A stretch of DNA of 64,000 nt from Eledone cirrhosa. Its lineage: Eukaryota. Both the position numbers and the translations under genes were made by a program. The notes under the pieces are model-generated. The model was not told the DNA's origin. It worked only from the letters and a program-made list of their open reading frames with translations, and did not search any database. The stretch's first letter is position 1. The number at the start of each line of letters is the position of its first letter. Shown one piece after another: positions 13,541-27,105 of the stretch. The stretch is taken from positions 175,894,001 to 175,958,000 of the forward strand of contig OZ024742.1 in assembly GCA_964016885.1 (NCBI GenBank), given 5' to 3'.

Positions 13541-14869
13541 TTGACAAGTTATAGGAATATTTGACGATCATTCGTAATAGGTTGAGTGACGAAATACAGG
13601 CTTGTTTGGTTACTGGATTCATGTATGTACTTGCAGATTTCTATAGCCAGGTCGTTTACCTCATCATTGCTGACACCATTCTTCAATGAGGGGATTTGAA
13701 GCAATGTTATTTCAATATTGAACATACAATTTTCCAGGATTTAAAGATACATTATTTCAAAAAGATAAAAAGGATTTAAAGAAACATTATTTCACTACAG
13801 GCCATAGCATTGTATACTGTTGCTTCTTACTAATATAATTTCCTATTTACATAATTTTAAAGAAATGTTATTTCAATACTGTACATAGCATTGTTTAATA
13901 TTCCAAGATCGAAACGATTTGAAGAAATGTTAATTCAATACCAGGACTTATAGAATCATTATTTAAAAAGAACATCTTATAATTGTTCAGGTAGGGAGAA
14001 TAACTTGATGTCTAGCAATGGCATCCTAGGGTGTGACAGGTATATCAATTCTCACCTGACTCGCACTTTTGATTCTAGAACCATTTTCAGCCACACCCTA
14101 ATAAGATCTTCTGCAGCCATGCTGCATTGGATGTGCAATGTAAATGTGGGAGAAAGGTAGAGCTTGGATGAACTGAGTTAGAAACTGGGTTTAAGAGGAA
14201 TCTGGGGTGGCGTGCAGGAGATAAAACTGCGTTGCTACATACTTGAGATGCACATGGATGATGATCATTGGGGGGATAAGTGCCACAAAATACCAATGGG
14301 ATGATGCCGCAGTAGAGGTTGAAATAGAAAAACCTGGGTTGAGGTGATAAGAACTGATCTCAAATCCCTGAGACTTATAGCGGTGATGACAAAGAAACAT
14401 GGTGAGTGGAGAGATACTGTGCTGAGAAGGACCCATCCAACCCAGGCAAGCATGGACAAATAAAAACGATGGTGATGATAATATATATACAGTATGGTCC
14501 TCTAACACCTGATGAAGTCATAGGGGCATCATATTGTCATATAGCATTTCTTGGGCATTTTAAGCCTAGCAGAGCTGATCCCTCTCCATGCCTAATTTCC
14601 ACCACAGAAGTATAGGAAGTGAGAGAGAGGGATGGAGTGAGAACGACGGAGAGAGAGGGACAGAGATTGGACAGAGAAAGAGAGGGACTAAGAAAGATAG
14701 AGAGGAAGAATCAACCACACTACTAGACTGGTACTTTTTATATCAACTTTGAAAGGATGAAAGGCAAAGTTGAGTTCAGCAGGATTTGAACTCACAGATC
14801 AGAGAGCCAGAACGAATACCACAAAGCATTCTATCCCAAATTATAATGAATCTGCCAATTTGCCTTATA

Positions 14870-14945
<76 letters not shown>

Positions 14946-15018
14946 TATATATATATAGATATATATATATATATCTATATATATCTATATATCTATATAT
15001 ATATATATATCTATATAT

Positions 15019-15082
<64 letters not shown>

Positions 15083-15148
15083 AGGCCCGTCCCACCCTTG
15101 CAGGCAGGGTAAAGCGGACGTAAAATGATGATAATGATGATGATGATG

Positions 15149-15214
<66 letters not shown>

Positions 15215-16927
15215 TAAATCTGCAGTAGAAGACTTAGAAAAACCTGGGCAGAGGTAGATAGAGCTCCTCTCAACGTGCTAAACCCCATAGGAAATGATGG
15301 AGGAATGTTATGAGTGGAGAACGGCTGTGCTGGAAAAGTCCCATCCATCCTGTGCAAGCAAGGAAAAACAAGCATGTAATGATGATACATGTTTATTATT
15401 ATTGTCATTACAACCAATTCTTTTTTATTGCTACATAAAATATTTCATTCAGTTTCCCTCCAACATGACATGTTTATACGTTATGTCTTCTTCAATTGGA
15501 TTGAACAGATGCACTGCAATGTATAGCAGAATGGTCTTCCAAAGATTGAATTGCTATCAGAAATACTACATCACGCAGAAGCTGTATTATGATTGAATAA
15601 AGTCTTTTTACAAATAATAATCAAAGTTCTAAGATTTTAGTAAGAAACTTATCATTGTTTCAAAGTCTCAAATGTTTACTTAGTGGCTTTAGTGGAAGCA
15701 ATTTAAAATATTGCTATTTGTAGTGTGTTATAGTTAATTTATATGAAGTCCTTCCATATACTGTGTAAAGTTTGAAGTAATGTCTGAAATACTAATTGGC
15801 ACAAAATGGTGAAATTAAAATTTATAATATTTGGAAATAAAGTGGCACCAATGCAAATAACTAAAAGTTCATCATCATCATCATCATTTTAACTATAATA
15901 ATTGTTGAAAAAGTAAATTTGGTAAAATGTCCCTGGTGATGGGGAAATGTGGATTGAGATGTCAGTACAGAATCAAACCAGGTATCTCTCAGTTACTGGG
16001 CAAGTGTGGTAACCATTACCCCAAGGAGTTCAAACATATTTGGATAACTGAGCTTTATTTTAGAATTCATTGGAGAAAGAATGAACATTAAATGATGATA
16101 AAGATAAATACATTGATCAATGTATCATGAGAATCAATACTCATCAATAGAGGATGAGTTTGTGAGATATCAGCCAAGACATTGTGTATCCTTTGTCATA
16201 GCTCTACAGTAAGCTTATTTTCAATGTTATTAATTCTTAAGTAACTACCATAGCACTCCATAATGCAGTGAGTATGATGTCAGGTCATCATATAAAACTT
16301 CTGAATTCTTTTATGATGAGTTAATTAAGAAACTTCTACATGGATGCCTAGCACACTAGAATATGACCCTCTTCCAGTTTAAAAAAAAAAGATGTTTTAT
16401 TACATAGTTCAAAGTACCTTTGTCTGAGTAAAAGCTGAGCTGGTAATGAGTGGAAAGATTTTGATCAAAGGTATGCACAATCAAAGTTGACATAGGACTA
16501 AACAACAAGATGTATGGAGATCCTGCTGGGTATCTAGCATTTCAACCAGAAACCTATGGAAGTTTTTCTAGTCAGATATAAAGTTATTTTTATATATTCC
16601 AAGTTGATATTTCATTTTTGAATGAGCTTTCCAAGGTAGAAACATTTCACATATTCCTATCTAGAATACATCTGACAATTCCCATAAAACAAGAAACCAG
16701 ACTTGAAGTATTTTTCTTTTTGTTTTGTGATTAATTCAATGGTTCGTTCTTTGAAGCACTTATTACTATCCAAGAACTGACATCATAGAAATATGTTCAT
16801 GATAAATGATGATGGCATTCAATGAAATGAGATATCAATATGTGAACTATCATTTTATCTACACTACTTCAGAACCATGTAACCAAAGTTAACTATCTTG
16901 TGTGATACACATTAAGAGGTAGATATA

Positions 16928-17107
16928 TAATTGTTTCTACTTTAGGCGCAAGGCCAGCAATTACCCAGTGCATTATTGGTACTTTATTTTATCGACCCCG
17001 TAAGGATGAAAGGCAAAGTTAACCTCGGCGGGATTTGAACTCAGATTGTAAAGGGACGTAACTATGCTGGAAAGCATGGCGTCCGACCCTCTACCGATAC
17101 TGCCAAT
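16928..17107 (-). mobile_element. young family A SINE
   Basis: Near-identical reverse complement of the copy at 2876-3060; further minus-strand copies at about 14725-14866, 18543-18676 and 19755-19960. Confidence 0.85.
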
Positions 17108-20100
17108 ATATATATATATATTCTGATAGCTTCTAATAAAAGTAGTATATAAAGCTTTTCCCATAATAATCGTCATCATTTAAAATACATTTCCCCTACT
17201 AGCATGAGTTGAACAGGTTGTCACAAACTGAGTCAGTACTCAAGTGGGGTTGCTAATCATCCAGTCAGGCTAGATGTCAACATATTTCTTACATATGGTC
17301 TCACAGTCAATTTTATTGTGACACCAATGAGGTTGTGCTGTTTTTGACACAACTGAAGGGTTCTAAGGGTTCTCCCAACCTTTTGTTTGGCAATCTTTCT
17401 ACAGCTGGATGTCCTTCCTATCCCCAACAGCATTACAGCATGTACAGGATATGTTTATTGTGTAGATCACCAACACTAGGAAGATTTTTATTTCCTTGAC
17501 ACAAATGAAGTGTCTTCTGAACTCTTTGTTGGCTAGCTTTCAACAACTAGAATCCCTCGTTATCATCAACACTTTTACAGAGTATACTGTTTTCATTCAT
17601 AGAGATGTTGTCTTACCCTTAATACAATTGAAGAGTCTTGGCCCTTTTTTATATTTATTTGAAACATAATATTGAAAAGGATTGCATGTAGCCATGCAGT
17701 TGTGTGCTACAGTGGTTAGAATACAAAACTATTTAAAAACAAATTCTTGCCTGTTACTCTACATTATGCACAATAAGAAGATCAGAAAATGTCACATGAC
17801 AGGTCCCAATCTATGGGTTTGATCATCCAAAATATAACCAATGGCAGAAATATGGAACTGTGGTTGTATATTTTTCTTCCAAGAACAACTTAAAAACTTT
17901 TATCTTCAAAGTAGCTTAAAAGTAATTTTATACTTTTCCAGATTATGAGTAGTTTTCAAGTTAAGTTGGAGGCATTAGTAAGAAACAATATACTTAAAAG
18001 ATGGCATTCCACAGAAAGAGAATTGTGTTCTACTTTTGTATTCTCTATACAATGTATCAGTATTAGTTTGAGAAAAGAAATACTATCGTTCTAGAACCAA
18101 AACCGAAGGTGAAATACTACTGGCACTAAGTATTATGTCATTACATATCACACAAAATCTAGCATTTTGCTAATATTCATTTTTTTCATTTTGTGTTTGT
18201 ATTTTCTTTACACTGGGAATTAATATTGATAGACATGGAAAACTTATGCTTGGTAATATAGATAGTGCATGAGTATGTATGTATATATGTATGTATGTGT
18301 GTGTGTAGATAGACATACATGCATATGTATGTATTTGTATGCATATGTATCATATGCATACATATAATTTTATGCCCATGCTCCATGCTAGCATGGGTTG
18401 GATAGGTTTTCATGATCCAAGACTACACAGGTTGAGATCTCATCTTACTCATATGTTCTTTATTAGGCATGGTCCCTACATCTACATACCCTTTCTAACA
18501 CTAACGACTTACAATTTATGGCACCAACACTATCACTTTACATAATTGTTTCTACTTTAGGCACAATACCAGCAATTACCCAGTGCATTACTGGTACTTT
18601 ATTTTCTCGACCCTGTAAGGATGAAAAGCAAAGTCAACCTTGGCGGGATTTGAACTCAGATCGTAAAGGGATGTAATGTTTTTGCATAATAGATCGTGTC
18701 TTCTATTTCTTTCCATAGATATAACATTTCACACATGGAGGATCCAACATTATCTAGGAATACTCTATCAGATTCAAAGATGAACATTCATTTGTTTGAT
18801 CAACTGAATATGCATCTCATGAATTAACATGTAATTGATTGAGATTTCCATGTACTCTTAACAACTTCTAAGCCATAGTTTTATTCTCTCTCTCCCCATC
18901 TTCTATGCTAAAGGTGAGCAATGTTATATATATCGAATGTGTGTGTGTAGTATGTTTATATACACACATTTACGTACAGATGCCCATGCTAGCGTGGAAG
19001 ATAGACGTTAAACAATTATGATGATGATGATGCATATAAGTTTACATACATACACATAAAATATGAATGAGTGTGGCCAATAAACATTGTAAAACTCTCA
19101 CCTGCACACACACGTGCACTTTCAAATAAATATAACTGACATTTGGTGAATCAAAACATTATGTTTTCCTTCTGTCAGCCTTATTTGTTCTGAGGCACCA
19201 AACTATGTATATGTCAATAAGTTTTGTAAAAATTTGGAATGGAACAATGAAGACGAATAAAGAAAGAATAACAAAGATGCAACCGGATGTAATTAAACAG
19301 GTGCTACAGACATAAAATAGAGAGTCTTAAGACAAAGAATTCTATTTATCTGATGACAGTTCTACAAATGACTGTTTTAACAGAATTGTCTAGACATATA
19401 TGTATTTACTCTGCCGGACATATCACATGAGATACAAATCAAAATACTGTGTACTGATGTCGAAACACTATTGAGAAACGGAAAGGAAGAATTATAGTCA
19501 TGATCTTAGATCATGATTTTGAGAAGGTTTTCTTATTGTACTTGCTAATATTATGTGAAATAATAAAAATAATGCTTTCTTTATTGGCCACAAGGGTTAA
19601 GATGAAGAAAAACATTACAGACGCACAGAACGATACAGGATGATACAAAGTGGGTTTTTGTCGTGTAAAAAAAGGTTATAACAAAAAACAGAAAAATACA
19701 AATGTGCAGAAAAAAAAAGAAAGAATAAAAATTCAAACAACAAAATAATAATAATGGTTTCTTATATAGGCACAAGGCCAGTAATTTGGAGGGAGGGGAA
19801 AGTCGATTAAATTAACACCAGTACTTTACGGGGGCTTTATTTTATCGACCCAGTAAGGATGAAAAGCAAAGTTAACCGTGGCGGGATTTGAACTCAGACC
19901 GTAAAGGACCGTCACTATAGAGCATGGTGTCCAACACTCTACCGATACTGCCAATCCACTTCCCTACCATCCCATAATAATAATAATGTCTGATCTAGGT
20001 AAAAACTCTTCAATTTGTTAAGAGGAAAAAGTTGATTACACAGATCCCAGAATTTGACTGGCATTTTAATGGACCCTAAAAGGATGAACAATAAAGTTGA

Positions 20101-20219
20101 CCTCAGTAAAGTTTGAACCCAGAAGGCAGTGAGCCAAAACAAAGACATTTTTATCTAATACCCCGACATCATTCCTAATCTACTGCCTTTACAGTATAAA
20201 GAGATAGATAACCATACAC

Positions 20220-20220
<1 letters not shown>

Positions 20221-20287
<67 letters not shown>
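20221..20287. repeat. (GA)n microsatellite
   Basis: Pure AG dinucleotide run. Confidence 0.95.
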
Positions 20288-20290
<3 letters not shown>

Positions 20291-21571
20291 GTAAAATGCA
20301 TCCTACTACAATATTTAACTCATCACCTAAATCAACTTTACATTTAATCATTCATTTTTTACAGTTAATTTTAAAATTTCTTGAATGAAACTTTTTGTAA
20401 AGTAAGTTTTAAGATTTGACATTATCCTTTAAGTGCCAAAATATCTTCCTCTCCTAAAATTTACAGAATACATACTGAAATATATATAAATATCAGACAT
20501 TTTTTTAAATCAGTAAATCTGTTTTTTTTTTTACAATGGCCCATCTTCTGGAGAAAGATTTTAAGTTCTATAAAGATTATATAAGTTGAATATGTCAATA
20601 GTTGAAGAACATTTTCTTTAAAAAAAGTTTCTATTTAAATTCAAATTCCCAGGGGGGAAATTTTTAGCAATTTATCTAACCAAATATATATTTCTTTTCT
20701 TTATTTTTTATAAAAAACTTTTTTCCTAGATTTAAAATATCTTACATAAAACTACATGTTAGTAACAGACATGCTGAAGGAAAATATTAAAAGCATACAT
20801 AAAAATTAACAGTTAAATATATATGTATATATTAATGTGTCATTAGTTCTTTTTCAATGGTGTATTAACATTATATATTAATAGAATACTGTCAAGATTT
20901 AACTTTAGTTTCTTAAAATTCTTATCCATGAAAGGTAATATTTATGAACTTTTTGTTCAAAACTATGTAGAATGTACCATCATTGATTTTGGGGCTGTTC
21001 TTTTTGTTGTTGTTTTTTATTCCTTACATGCATGCCTGTGTAGTTAAGGAGTTCATTTTGCAACCATGTAGTTGCAAGTTCTATTTTGCTGCCTGATACC
21101 TTGAGCTGACCAGTGCCTTCCAAGTGGAATTTGGTAGACAGAATCTGCCTATTGTAAATGGATCAGGAATTTTTTAGGTAGTTTTGGACATGACTTTTCA
21201 AAGCTGCTTCTCTAAGGCTGGAATTCCTTTCTGATACTAACACATACTCTATAATTATGGTACATACTGCTCACCATCAAACTGGTATATTGCAGGAACT
21301 ACTGTTGGCTTTAGAAGTTGTCGACATGAAGATAGATGTTATAAGCACACACACACATGTAAATACACTATATATACAGCACCAATTCTAATTTTCAATT
21401 TTTGATGGACTGGCAACTGCTCTGTATAATGATTCCTGATTATTACTAGAATTCTATGAGAACCCAACATTCATAATTTTTAAACAAACAAGAGGAGCTC
21501 TATCTACCTCTGCCCAGGTTTTTCTAAGTCTTCTACTGCAGATTTATATATGTGCATATATATATATATGC

Positions 21572-21607
<36 letters not shown>

Positions 21608-21867
21608 GCATATATATATATATATATTTAGTGTAATGAATTATTTTACAATGAAATTATCTCAAAGAAAGAAATATTTCTGAGCCGTGTAAAACATTTA
21701 AATATAAGTTAATATATATGAGGAAACACAAATACCAACATATCTGTATTTATATTGCAAAAGTAAATTTAGCTAGAATGAAGTATACTAATTATAATAT
21801 TACCGTCCGTCCATATCGATTTAAAATAATAAATCAACAAAGACGAACTGTATTGCCAAATGGCCAT

Positions 21868-21996
21868 GATGTTTAGACACATTTAAATTTCAAAATCAAA
21901 CCTGTTCCGTAGATAAGTTTAAACTTTAAAATCCAAATATGTTTCGAGCTGAAAAAGTGTAAGGAATATCATGTCCTGCTCCCTTCAGTAAACATC
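21868..21996 (-). ncRNA. type I hammerhead ribozyme with extended stems (core variant CUGAAGG)
   Basis: Stem I GATGTTTA/TAAACATC, CTGAAGG, stem II GAGC/GCTC, GAAAC, long stem III, GTC triplet. Confidence 0.7.
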
Positions 21997-22390
21997 CAGG
22001 GACAAATTGATATGCTTCACTTCTAAATAATTTAAAAGACTGTGTAACGCACATGGTTCACAGTTTCTAGCTAGCCTCATAACCGTACTGCTAGAAATAA
22101 CAGCCGTATATATGAGGCTACGTTCAGCTCAACCTAAGGAGCAATAATATTTAGTGTAATGAATTCTTTTACAATGAAATTAGCTCAAAGAAATAAATAT
22201 TTCTCAGCCGTGTAAAACATTTAAATATAAGTTAATATATATGATGAAACACAACTACCAACATATCTGTATTTATATTGCAAAAGTAAATTTAGCTAGA
22301 ATGAAGTATACTAATTATAATATTACAGTCCATCCATATCGATTTAAAATAATATATCAACAAAGACGAATTCTATTGCCAAATGGCCAT

Positions 22391-22519
22391 GATGTTTAGA
22401 CACATTTAAATTTCAAAATCAAACCTGTTCCGTAGATAAGTTTAAACTTTAAAATCCAAATATGTTTCGAGATGAAAAAGTGTAAGGAATATCATGTCCT
22501 GCCCTCTTCAGTAAACATC
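22391..22519 (-). ncRNA. type I hammerhead ribozyme with extended stems
   Basis: Stem I GATGTTTA/TAAACATC, CTGAAGA, stem II GGG/CTC enclosing an AGGA/TCCT hairpin, GAAAC, long GU-rich stem III, GTC triplet; predicted cut between 22399 and 22398. Confidence 0.8.
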
Positions 22520-22598
22520 CAGGGACAAATTGATATGCTTCACTTCTAAATAATTTAAAAGACTGTGTAACGAAGAGAAGCATATCAATTTGTCCCTG

Positions 22599-22727
22599 GA
22601 TGTTTACTGAAGAGAGCAGGACATGATATTCCTTACACCTTTTCATCTCGAAACATATTTGGATTTAAAAGTTTAAACTTATCTACCGAACAGGTTTGAT
22701 TTTGAAATTTAAATGTGTCTAAACATC
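22599..22727 (+). ncRNA. type I hammerhead ribozyme with extended stems (inverted copy)
   Basis: GATGTTTA-CTGAAGA-GAG...CTC-GAAAC-ATATTTGGATTT...GAAATTTAAATGT-GTC-TAAACATC; predicted cut after 22719. Confidence 0.8.
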
Positions 22728-22864
22728 ATGGCCATTTGGCAATACAGTTCGTCTTTGTTGATTTATTATTTTAAATCGATATGGACGGACTGTAATATTA
22801 TAATTAGTATACTTCATTCTAGCTAAATTTACTTTTGCAATATAAATACAGATATGTTGGTATT

Positions 22865-22942
<78 letters not shown>

Positions 22943-22953
22943 TATATATATAC

Positions 22954-23000
<47 letters not shown>

Positions 23001-23023
23001 CATATATATATATATGCATCTAC

Positions 23024-23067
<44 letters not shown>

Positions 23068-23344
23068 TTTCTTCGGCTGCCACCCGTCTGTTTCGTTCTT
23101 TGTACCTTTTACCCTTTCTAGCAGTCTCTCTCTCTGTTAGCCTCCTGCTCAACTTTCACTCACTCATTCTCTGTCACTACCTCTCCTCCTCCTCTTTCCT
23201 CCTCCTCCTTCAAGTTTGACCTGTGTGTAATTCTTTTCTCGCGCGTCCCTGGTCAAGCTGGTATGGAATTTTTTTCTCTCTCTCTCATTCGTCTGCGACT
23301 TCACAAAACTTATGTTTACCGAATTCGTAGACCAGACCCCTTAT

Positions 23345-23369
23345 TCTTCTTCTTCTTCTTCTTCTTCTT

Positions 23370-23398
<29 letters not shown>
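23345..23398. repeat. (TTC)n microsatellite inside an unidentified repeat fragment (about 23070-23720)
   Basis: Pure TTC run. Confidence 0.9.
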
Positions 23399-23401
<3 letters not shown>

Positions 23402-23795
23402 CCCCGTCAGACTTGTGCGAAATTCCTTCCTTGCTGACATTTCAACCAGGTTTGATGGTCTTTTGTCTCTTGTTCACGATTTCACCGAGTTTATATTCAT
23501 AGAGATCTGGGACTTGTCTATTTCTTCTCACTTTCCGTTGCTTAAACCATTTTGTTTGTTACCCTAACGTCCCCTTTATTTACGTGTCCCAACGACTTTT
23601 TTAGCCGTTGTTCGCACCAACCTGAGGCATATGGCCCTTAAAGCGATGAAATGCCTGGGACGGTTGGAGGGTCACTGATGAAGGACTTACTTATTCATAT
23701 GCACCACCATTTGCAACGCGCAGCCATCATTATTATCATATATACATATATATATATATATATACATATAAATATATATATATATATATATATAC

Positions 23796-23844
<49 letters not shown>

Positions 23845-23877
23845 CACATATATATATATATAGTTTTAATATAGATG

Positions 23878-23928
23878 AGATTCTACAGGACTAGAACTGT
23901 TTCATTCATTAGAAATCATCAGGAATCT
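23878..23928 (-). ncRNA. type I hammerhead ribozyme (inverted copy)
   Basis: Reverse complement of 26911-26961. Confidence 0.75.
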
Positions 23929-24095
23929 GGGTATCAAAAAATAAATATGGTATTTATAGGTCTCTACAAGTGGTAGGAGAGGGTGGGGAGTGGGATGGGT
24001 GCAGGTCATTGGTTGATAGAGAAGGGAATTCATTAAAAGCTAATTCTACATAGCTATAGTTAATTTATATTTATTTATGTTTTTAGAGTAACAAA

Positions 24096-24272
24096 GCGCG
24101 CTCTTACGACGGAGGACACAAGGGCTGCGACCTTTGTATTTCAGAGAGCTACGAAATTTTATTCGCCAAGGGCCCGCTACTGAACAAACTCTCTGAACAC
24201 TGCCCGAACTGCATGCACAAGAACTTTGCAACATTCAAACACTTTAAGCCAGTGTTAAAGCCCGATGGCTAA
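24096..24272 (+). pseudogene. C-terminal end of Penelope-like GIY-YIG endonuclease
   Basis: ARSYDGGHKGCDLCISESYEILFAKGPLLNKLSEHCPNCMHK...*; aligns with ARSYNGNKRQCDLCAAEALEIL...LNKKSE at 35.7 kb; absent from the ORF track because it has no start codon. Confidence 0.85.
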
Positions 24273-24518
24273 AAACGACATCCCCCATTGGCCCCTATAC
24301 CTCCTCCCCACCCTACCCCCACCCCTCCTCAAACTGAAATACGGCCACTATGGTCATGTGAGTACCTCTTTTGTATCTACTTTTTCTGCCTGTAGAGGTG
24401 TCTTTATGTGCCTGTGTATATGCGTATATTTATTGAGTACCTATTTACTTGTATGTGTATATATTTGTTTGTATATGTGCATATGTGTATGTGTTGTGTG
24501 TATATATATATGTATGTG

Positions 24519-24585
<67 letters not shown>

Positions 24586-25139
24586 ATATATATATATATA
24601 TGCGTATATATATATGTTTGTGTGAATACGTGTTTTATGTGTGTATATTTATGTAGGTATATGTTTGTATGTGTTTGTGTATATGTATGTATGTATGTAT
24701 GTATGTGTGTATATATATATATATGTATATGTGTGTGTATATATATATGTATATATATATATGTGTATATATATATGTATGTATATGTGTATGTATATAT
24801 GTATGTATATATATATATATGTATGTATATGTATGTTTGTATATATGTGTGTGTATATATTTATGTATATATATATGTGTGTATATATGTATATATATGT
24901 GTGTGTATATATATATATATATATATACGTGTGCGTGTGCGTATGTGTGTATATGTGTGCGTGTATATATATATATATGTGTATATGTATGTGTTTGTGT
25001 GTATGTATATGTATATATGTGTGTATGTGTGTGTATTTGTGAGTGTATATGTACATATATGTGTGTGTGTGTATGTATGTATGTGTATGTATATGTATGT
25101 ATATATGTATATGCATGTGTGTATATATATATATGTATA

Positions 25140-25178
<39 letters not shown>

Positions 25179-25214
25179 ATGTGTATGTATGTATTTGTAT
25201 GTGTCTGTGTATAT

Positions 25215-25267
<53 letters not shown>

Positions 25268-25337
25268 CATGAGAGAGAGAATGTGTGTGTGTATATATAT
25301 TTTGTGTGTGGGTGTGTGTATGTGTGTATGCGCGCGC

Positions 25338-25421
<84 letters not shown>

Positions 25422-25430
25422 ATGCGTGTG

Positions 25431-25463
<33 letters not shown>

Positions 25464-25599
25464 ATATATATGTGTGTATGTATATATATGTGTGTGTATA
25501 TGTGCGTTATATCTCTGTATATATATGTGTATATTTATGTATAGGTCTGTGTATGCATGTGTATGTTTGTGTATGTATGGATATATATATATGTGTATG

Positions 25600-25632
<33 letters not shown>

Positions 25633-25719
25633 GTATATATATATATATATATATATGTATTTGTATGTGTGTGTATAGAGATATATATATATATATATAT
25701 ATGTGTATGTATGTATGTA

Positions 25720-25776
<57 letters not shown>

Positions 25777-25805
25777 ATATATGTGTGTATGTATTTGTGT
25801 ATATG

Positions 25806-25844
<39 letters not shown>

Positions 25845-25965
25845 ATGTGTGCGTGTATAGATATTTATACATATGTATACTCGTGTTTGTATGTATGCGT
25901 GTGAGTGTATTTATTTGTGTATATATGTGTGTATGTGTGTATGTATGTGTATGTGTGTGTGTATC

Positions 25966-26000
<35 letters not shown>

Positions 26001-26125
26001 GTGTATATGTATATATATATATATATATTTGTATATATATGTATGTATATATATATATGTATATATATATGTATGTATGTGTGTGTGTGTGTGTATGTGT
26101 GTATATATATATGTGTATATATATA

Positions 26126-26197
<72 letters not shown>

Positions 26198-26910
26198 TAT
26201 GTATATGTGTATATGTATTTTATATATGTATGTATGTATGTATGTGTGTATGTATGTGTGTGTACATGAATATATATTTGTATATATTTATATATTTTTT
26301 ATATATGTGTGTGTGTTTTTATGTGTGTATATGTGTTTATGTGTGTGTTTATGGTTGCGCGTAAGTGTGTGAGTGAGTATGTGTGTTTTTTTGTTTTTTA
26401 GGTGTGGTTTTTTTTGTTTTTTTGTTTTTTTGTTTTTTGGGGTTTTTTTGTTTTTTTGTGAATGTGTCTGTTGATTTGGCATATTGTTGATTAGTTTAAG
26501 AGAAGTTCGAAGATAATAGTATGATATGCACTCAGTATTTTGAATCTGTCTGCAGAATTCCCTAGACCTTTGTCACTTAGTAGAACCTTAATGACTTTAG
26601 CTTTTAAAGAATCTCCCTTTTCTTTAATTCTATCGAGCATGAATGACCCCCCACTGATTTTATAGACATCTGCTAGCTTAAGAGAAACTTATTGACAAGG
26701 AATGGTATGCCATCCGGAACCTGTTTATAGAATTCTGTCTGCCTTTGTTACTCTAAAAACATAAATAAATATAAATTAACTATAGCTATGTAGAATTAGC
26801 TTTTAATGAATTCCCTTCTCTATCAACCAATGACCTGCACCCATCCCACTCCCCACCCTCTCCTACCACTTGTAGAGACCTATAAATACCATATTTATTT
26901 TTTGATACCC

Positions 26911-26961
26911 AGATTCCTGATGATTTCTAATGAATGAAACAGTTCTAGTCCTGTAGAATCT
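26911..26961 (+). ncRNA. type I hammerhead ribozyme
   Basis: AGATTC-CTGATGA-TTTCTAATGAAT-GAAAC-AGTTCTAGTCCT-GTA-GAATCT: stem I AGATTC/GAATCT, stem II TTC/GAA, stem III ACAG/CTGT, GUA triplet, cut after 26955. Confidence 0.8.
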
Positions 26962-27105
26962 CATCTATATTAAAACTGTTATACTCTGCTATGTATTGAG
27001 TACCTTACTTACTGTGGTTACCTCCGATTCAACCCGGAATAACGTATATATATATATATATATATAATATATATAAGATCAAAAGAAGGTTAAAAGAGTT
27101 CCATG

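Larger units (their letters stand above)
21627..22867 (-). mobile_element. non-coding retrozyme-like / non-autonomous Penelope-like element: about 1.8 tandem copies of a 523-bp unit plus an inverted partial copy
   Basis: Direct repeats with period 523 (anchors 21631/22154, 21868/22391, 21989/22512); inverted copy 22577-22867; (TA)n on both sides; one hammerhead per copy; no meaningful ORF. Confidence 0.8.
23862..27044 (+). mobile_element. 5'-truncated Penelope-like element 1 with inverted terminal copy
   Basis: 235-bp inverted repeat 23862-24096 / 26743-26977; GIY-YIG C-terminal remnant; hammerhead in each repeat; (TA)n flanks; interior filled with about 2 kb of TA/TG microsatellite. Confidence 0.85.

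Noticed and set aside
19350-19380. CTGATGA followed by a CAGT/ACTG hairpin; other CTGATGA hits near 1150, 1312, 11100 and 14509
   Set aside because: No downstream GAAA-stem III-NUH arrangement
23676-23700. CTGATGAAGGACTTACT, also on minus near 54757-54773
   Set aside because: No GAAA with closing stems here; the other copy has only GAGAC and a weak T/A stem
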